A stretch of 24,000 nucleotides of DNA from Enterococcus sp. HY326 (lineage in GTDB: Bacteria > Bacillota > Bacilli > Lactobacillales > Enterococcaceae), in contig NZ_JANLGQ010000006.1 in assembly GCF_026157065.1 (NCBI RefSeq), forward strand, positions 229,925 through 253,924. The letters are read 5' to 3'. Each line of letters begins with the position of its first letter. Position 1 is the stretch's first letter. The notes below the pieces were generated by a model. It made no database searches, had not been told where the DNA came from, and saw only the letters and a list, made by a program, of their open reading frames with translations. A program made the translations under genes and the position numbers. Below, in pieces: positions 15,939-24,000 of this stretch.

Positions 15939-16110
15939 TGAAATTTATTTTTGATTGAAGGGAAAATAATTTTTTTGTGTGAGAAATAAAATGGATTGGT
16001 TTTTGCAGTGTAGTAGAGGTACAACTGGTAATTCACAAATGAAAACGTAGAATTGTTTTGCAGAATCGATGATGAAACTATTAAAAACGAAATGACATGA
16101 CTGGTTTGTC

Positions 16111-16161
16111 CAAATAGAAAGCCCCAGATTTAGCACTGCAGAAAGCAGTTCTAAATCTGGG
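16111..16161 (-). terminator. Long hairpin, probable terminator of the RpiR-family gene
   Basis: CCCAGATTTAGCACTGC-agaaa-GCAGTTCTAAATCTGGG (16123-16161): 17-bp stem with one mismatch. On the minus strand it is followed by CTTTCTATTT. It lies 45 nt downstream of the rpiR-type stop. Confidence 0.45.
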
Positions 16162-16206
16162 AGATAATTAAAATCCTATTTTGATTGAGTGGATGATATG
16201 AAATGG

Positions 16207-16926
16207 CTAGCTACCAATTATTTTCTTGCAGAGCATCTCAATAATAAACATGACTGGCAGTTGAGTGGTCATATCAATTTCACTGGATTTGCTGTAGGGA
16301 ATATAGTAAGCCAGCACATAATCAGAAAGTTTGGCTAAAGTTGAGTTGTCGTAGTTGGTAATGCTAATAATTTGGTTTTGACTCTGTTTGAGATTTTGTA
16401 AAATTCGGATGGTATTATCAATTTCACCAGATACTGAGAGAACAATCAGCACAGAATTATCAAAAAGAGAATCTTGACTGTGGAAATACGGATCATCAAT
16501 AACTAAGTTTGTTTTACCAGTATTGGCAAAATAACTAGCAGCATAGCGACAGATTCCAGCTGAGGCACCAAAGCCCATCCAGACAATGCCACTGGATTTT
16601 TTGATAACAGCCGCAATCTCACTAAGCTTTTCTTGAAACTCTAGTGTTATATACCTTTCCAAATAACTGATGTCCGTTGAAGGGAAATCTGCTGCTACGG
16701 AGTTTTCATTTGCAAGATAATCTTTGTAGTGCAGCTTGAATTCTGCATAGCCCTTGAGTCCAAGGGAGCGGCAAAATCTTAAAATCGTAGTGGTGGAAAC
16801 GTGGGTTTTATTGGCAAGTTCCTGAATCGACATGTTTAAAATATCGTTGGGATGATCAATTATATAATTGTAAATAATGATTTCCAATTCGCTTAAGTGC
16901 TTGATTTTGTCATAATTAAACATCAT
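16207..16926 (-). CDS. RpiR/MurR-family transcriptional regulator (HTH_6 plus SIS domain)
   Basis: Start probably ATG 16926 (MMFNYDKIKHL), 9 nt after GGAG; the ORF-track start at 16941 overlaps that RBS. N-terminal HTH (SIQELANKTHVSTTTILRFCRSLGLKGYAEFK) and a C-terminal SIS-like phosphosugar-binding part. Confidence 0.85.
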   Translation of the reverse strand: MMFNYDKIKHLSELEIIIYNYIIDHPNDILNMSIQELANKTHVSTTTILRFCRSLGLKGYAEFKLHYKDYLANENSVAADFPSTDISYLERYITLEFQEKLSEIAAVIKKSSGIVWMGFGASAGICRYAASYFANTGKTNLVIDDPYFHSQDSLFDNSVLIVLSVSGEIDNTIRILQNLKQSQNQIISITNYDNSTLAKLSDYVLAYYIPYSKSSEIDMTTQLPVMFIIEMLCKKIIGS

Positions 16927-17063
16927 TTTGACTCGCTCCATTTATTTTTTTTCAGGTAATAAATTACAAACGCCTTGAAATTGGTTTCACAACCTTTGGC
17001 TATGATATAAAATATACCTCAGAAAGGAAGCGATAACAAATGAAAAATTGAATTTTAACTTTT

Positions 17064-21200
<4,137 letters not shown>

Positions 21201-21214
21201 TAATAAAAATGTTA

Positions 21215-21260
21215 GCAGTTAGAAAACGGGCTGAACCGCCATTTTCTAACTGCTTTTTGG
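21215..21260 (+). terminator. Intrinsic terminator of the EIIC-GH1-gtfA operon
   Basis: GCAGTTAGAAAA (21215-21226), 15-nt loop, TTTTCTAACTGC (21242-21253), followed by TTTTTGG. Confidence 0.8.
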
Positions 21261-21344
21261 TGTGGAAGAAAAAACAATTTCTATTGTGGTTTTGATTAGA
21301 GAAGAATTTCAAATGGAGAAACAAGTCAACAGGAAATTTAACGT

Positions 21345-21372
21345 TTTTGAAGTAAGTCACCCTTGCTATAAT
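21345..21372 (+). promoter_or_regulatory. Candidate sigma-A promoter with extended -10 upstream of the sigma factor operon
   Basis: TGcTATAAT (21364-21372) with a weak -35 TTTTGA (21345-21350), 16-nt spacer. Confidence 0.4.
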
Positions 21373-21397
21373 AAAATTAAAAAAATTTCTATAAAGC

Positions 21398-21423
21398 TGT
21401 AACATTTTCCAATGTCAAACGTA
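21398..21423 (+). promoter_or_regulatory. ECF-type (autoregulatory) promoter
   Basis: TGTAAC (21398-21403), 16 nt, CGTA (21420-21423). This matches the Firmicute ECF pattern tGaAAC/tGtAAC-N16/17-CGTa/c and lies ~24 nt upstream of the sigma start codon. Confidence 0.55.
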
Positions 21424-21446
21424 TATAAAGCGAAGGGGGAGTGGGG

Positions 21447-21950
21447 ATGGAAAGTTCACAATTGGAATTGTTGTATCAGTTGTATGCCAAGGAACTATTT
21501 TTATATGCCCGCTCCTTTACTAAAGATAATTACGGGGCCGAGGAGCTAGTCAGTGATGCTTTTTTTCAGTTGGCGCTGCAGGAAGTGCTGCCCGAAAATT
21601 TGAAATTTTGGCTCTTTGCAGTCGTCAAGCATCGGTTTATTGATATGACACGGAAAAGTCGTCGCTGGCAGCTGCTGCCGTTAGAAAAGGCGATAGAAGC
21701 AAAGTCGCCACTTTTTCAGTCAGCAGATGAGCAGTTGCTTCAAAAGGAAAACTATCAGCAGCTCTATCAGGCAATCAACGATTTAAAACCACCTCAAAGT
21801 GAGATTATTTTGCTCTTTTATTTTTTACATTGGTCAACAGCCGATATTGCCCAATACTTGGGCTTAAAGCCAGGGCAGGTGCGAGTGATGCTCCATCGCA
21901 GCCGCCACAAATTGAAGGGAGTGTTAACAGATGACGGAAAAGTTAACTGA
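21447..21950 (+). CDS. ECF-type RNA polymerase sigma-70 family factor
   Basis: Start at ATG 21447 (MESSQLELLY) after AAGGGGGAG. ~167 aa with a region 2 (ELVSDAFFQLAL...FWLFAVVKHRFIDMTRK) and a region 4 HTH (WSTADIAQYLGLKPGQVRVMLHRSRHKLK). Confidence 0.85.
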   Translation: MESSQLELLYQLYAKELFLYARSFTKDNYGAEELVSDAFFQLALQEVLPENLKFWLFAVVKHRFIDMTRKSRRWQLLPLEKAIEAKSPLFQSADEQLLQKENYQQLYQAINDLKPPQSEIILLFYFLHWSTADIAQYLGLKPGQVRVMLHRSRHKLKGVLTDDGKVN

Positions 21951-23148
21951 TTTATTGGAAAAATATCAGCGGGGGGAAGCTACTGCTGCGGAGAAAAACT
22001 ATGTGGAGGAACGCTTAAAAGAATTTGCTGCCCTGCAGGAGGTTTTATTGGAGCAGGAAGACAGCGAAGTCTTTGAACTGCCGAATTCGACTGAGGCAGA
22101 AACGGTCGATTCAAAAAAATTGAAACACCAATTCAATCGTAAATTTTTACGATTAGGATTAGGCGTAGCTGGGATTTTACTGGTTGTTTTTGCGGTTTTG
22201 CAGTGGCTGCTTTTTCCATTGGCCAATTTTTTCTATTTCAATCCAACAGAAAAAGTAGTTCATGAAGAAGTCGTTCCTTATAATATTGTGGCCGCAATTC
22301 AGACAGAGGTGACGAGTCCTTTGTATCACTTATCTGCGCTTGGTTCTCAGCAGGATGGCATCGGGAAATATATCATCACCAAAACGTATCAGAGCAATCT
22401 GCCAGCTGTTCCCCTTTCTGGTAATCAAGAAACTTATGAAATTGTGCGGGGGAAGGTTGGGGAAACGAGTGGCACCTTGCCAGCAGCCAGCAGTCTAATT
22501 GGCAGAACCAGTGAGTTAAGCGAAGAGAGTCGGCAATTATTTCTTGCCAACAAGGAACAAACTCTCGAAAAACTTACAGCGTTACCGGCGACTAGCGAAA
22601 TCGCCGGCGGACTAACTTTTGCTACGCCACTAGGACTTGGTGAGGTTCAAGAGTTTTTTGGGACAGAAAGTTTTTTCAGTGACAGCGATTATCGAGTGAA
22701 CTGGTTTAGCGTGGATATTGGCGATAGCGAAGGGCTACAGCTGGGCTTCAACTGGTTTGCGACCTTTGATTTTGCAGCCAATTATATTGGCACTAGCAGT
22801 TCTTATCTCACGGATTTAAACGGTCAATATCCCCATCTATTGCCAAGCACTGAGGCCGGAGCGACAGACGTTAATTTGCGACAAGACTTCAAAGAGCATT
22901 TTACATCCTGCTTACAATATCTTTTAGACAATCATGAGCTATTAAAAATGCAAAATAAGGCAACACCATTGTCTGCTGAATACTTGCAGCAGGCCCTGGA
23001 TTATATCGAGGAAAATGATGTAAAAATAACCGGTGTTTATTTTTCGGCAACCACGGAACGCTATCGGGAAATCGTGGGGGCAGATCAGGTGTTGGACACG
23101 CAGATTTTGGGGACAGAGCTGTATAGTCAGAGTTTTGTGAATTCATAA
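21931..23148 (+). CDS. Putative membrane-anchored anti-sigma factor with a large extracytoplasmic domain
   Basis: Overlaps the sigma gene by 20 nt. ~70-aa cytoplasmic N-terminus (no HxxxCxxC zinc motif), a single TM helix (LGLGVAGILLVVFAVLQWLLFPL), and a ~300-aa external domain with no motif I recognise. Confidence 0.65.
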   Translation: MTEKLTDLLEKYQRGEATAAEKNYVEERLKEFAALQEVLLEQEDSEVFELPNSTEAETVDSKKLKHQFNRKFLRLGLGVAGILLVVFAVLQWLLFPLANFFYFNPTEKVVHEEVVPYNIVAAIQTEVTSPLYHLSALGSQQDGIGKYIITKTYQSNLPAVPLSGNQETYEIVRGKVGETSGTLPAASSLIGRTSELSEESRQLFLANKEQTLEKLTALPATSEIAGGLTFATPLGLGEVQEFFGTESFFSDSDYRVNWFSVDIGDSEGLQLGFNWFATFDFAANYIGTSSSYLTDLNGQYPHLLPSTEAGATDVNLRQDFKEHFTSCLQYLLDNHELLKMQNKATPLSAEYLQQALDYIEENDVKITGVYFSATTERYREIVGADQVLDTQILGTELYSQSFVNS

Positions 23149-23150
23149 AA

Positions 23151-23195
23151 AAACGAATCAGTTACTAGCAAAGCCAAGTAACTGATTCGTTTTTG
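23151..23195. terminator. Bidirectional intrinsic terminator between convergent genes
   Basis: AAACGAATCAGTTACT (23151-23166), 10-nt loop, AGTAACTGATTCGTTT (23177-23192). It is flanked by an A-run on the left and a T-run on the right. Confidence 0.85.
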
Positions 23196-23196
23196 A

Positions 23197-24000
23197 TTAT
23201 TTTTGAAAACAAATCTCTCCCTGATAAAAACTCGTTTCCACCGGCGTTTTACGGGCAACAAATTCAGCAGAACAGCTGCTGTCAGTCAAAATAAAATTAG
23301 CTGGCTTGCCGCTGGTTAGAAAATTGTCGGGTCCCATTGTGGTTTGTCCGGTGATAAGACTTAAAGCCTCAGTCAATGCTTCCTGCGTGGTGAGTTGGTA
23401 AATTTCTGCGTAACGATTCAGTTTTTCTAAGACGCTGCCATCTCCAAAAGGCGACCAAGAATCGTCAATATTATCACACCCCAATGCAAGCTGAACGCCT
23501 GCTTGACGAATCTCTTCCAACGGTGGTCTAACACTATCTAATGGCACGCTGGAAATCAATGAAATGCCTTGCTCAGCCAAACCGTGAAAAATTTCTTGAC
23601 TTTCCACTTCAGAAAAATCCTGCAGACCATAGCCATGACTGATGGTGACGCGGTTTTGCCAACCGGCATCAGCGGTTAACGCCATCATTTTTTGATAAGT
23701 TTGGCGAGCAGCATCCCCTCGCTCATGGAGATGAATGTCAATCGGCACGTTAAACTGCGTTGCCAAATCAAAGGTTTGCTGCAATGATTTTTCTAAATTA
23801 CCATCTAAGGAAAAAGGGTCAACACCGCCAACGAGGGTGGCGCCATTTGCCAAGGCGCGTTTCATCTCGTCATAGGCTTCAGATAGTAACAAGCCATGCT
23901 GAGGAAAGGCGACTAGCTCGTAGCCAAATATTCCCTGATACTTGGCCAAGACAGCCTGTGCCTGTTCTAAAAATTTTTGCCCAATTTTCGGATGAACATC
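23197..24000 (-). CDS. Cytosine deaminase-family amidohydrolase (CodA-like), 5' end outside the window
   Basis: The frame stays open to position 24000 (...DVHPKIGQKFLEQAQAVLAKYQ...), so the TTG at 23949 is not the start. LVAFPQHG, IDIHLHE, TISHG and GCDNIDDSWSPFG parallel E. coli CodA IVAFPQEG, IDVHCDE, TASH and GHDDVFDPWYPLG. Confidence 0.75.
   Translation of the reverse strand, partial: DVHPKIGQKFLEQAQAVLAKYQGIFGYELVAFPQHGLLLSEAYDEMKRALANGATLVGGVDPFSLDGNLEKSLQQTFDLATQFNVPIDIHLHERGDAARQTYQKMMALTADAGWQNRVTISHGYGLQDFSEVESQEIFHGLAEQGISLISSVPLDSVRPPLEEIRQAGVQLALGCDNIDDSWSPFGDGSVLEKLNRYAEIYQLTTQEALTEALSLITGQTTMGPDNFLTSGKPANFILTDSSCSAEFVARKTPVETSFYQGEICFQK

Noticed and set aside
15991-16050. 19-codon plus-strand ORF MDWFLQCSRGTTGNSQMKT (considered as a signalling peptide or leader)
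   Set aside because: It has only a weak purine stretch upstream. No partner genes (processing or export, two-component system) are nearby, so there is nothing to separate it from chance.
15945-16136. 63-aa minus-strand ORF in the intergenic region
   Set aside because: The region is AT-rich and the ORF has no RBS. The translation is low-complexity, and the ORF runs through the terminator-like hairpin region.
17024-17038. cre-like sequence aaGgAAgCGaTaaCa upstream of the orphan EIIC (possible CcpA site)
   Set aside because: It mismatches the conserved T of the TG half-site and coincides with the RBS of the mini-ORF. This is not enough to call it without a scored matrix search. I found no better cre match in the other sugar-operon promoters.

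Overview
This is a chromosomal window from a low-to-mid GC Firmicute. Gene content and Shine-Dalgarno style point to Lactobacillales (Enterococcaceae, Lactobacillaceae or Carnobacteriaceae type), but I cannot name the species. I see no rRNA, tRNA, CRISPR array, IS element or transposase. Layout, left to right: (1) a membrane protein of unknown function on the minus strand. (2) A methionine-uptake operon on the plus strand, preceded by two complete T-box leaders in tandem: metN-metP-metQ, then a cyclase/formamidase-fold hydrolase and an M20 amidohydrolase. (3) A tightly packed ten-gene minus-strand operon (15868 down to 7096): YitT-family membrane protein, GntR/HutC regulator, PepV-type M20 dipeptidase, glycosylasparaginase-type Ntn hydrolase, Lac/chitobiose-family PTS EIIC, a short GrdB-N-terminal-like protein, two M42 peptidases (one with a degenerate metal site), then PTS EIIB and EIIA. 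Its promoter carries a tandem GTATATAC operator. It has no phospho-glycosidase. I consider it the best candidate for an undescribed system: a PTS route for N-glycan-derived glyco-amino acids or glycopeptides such as GlcNAc-Asn. (4) A visibly more AT-rich block with a divergent RpiR regulator and an orphan PTS EIIC, a 6-phospho-beta-glycosidase (GH1) and sucrose phosphorylase (GtfA). (5) An ECF-type sigma factor with an overlapping membrane anti-sigma factor, preceded by an ECF-style promoter. (6) The 3' part of a cytosine-deaminase-family amidohydrolase running off the right edge. All family assignments come from reading motifs in the supplied translations. No database search was run.
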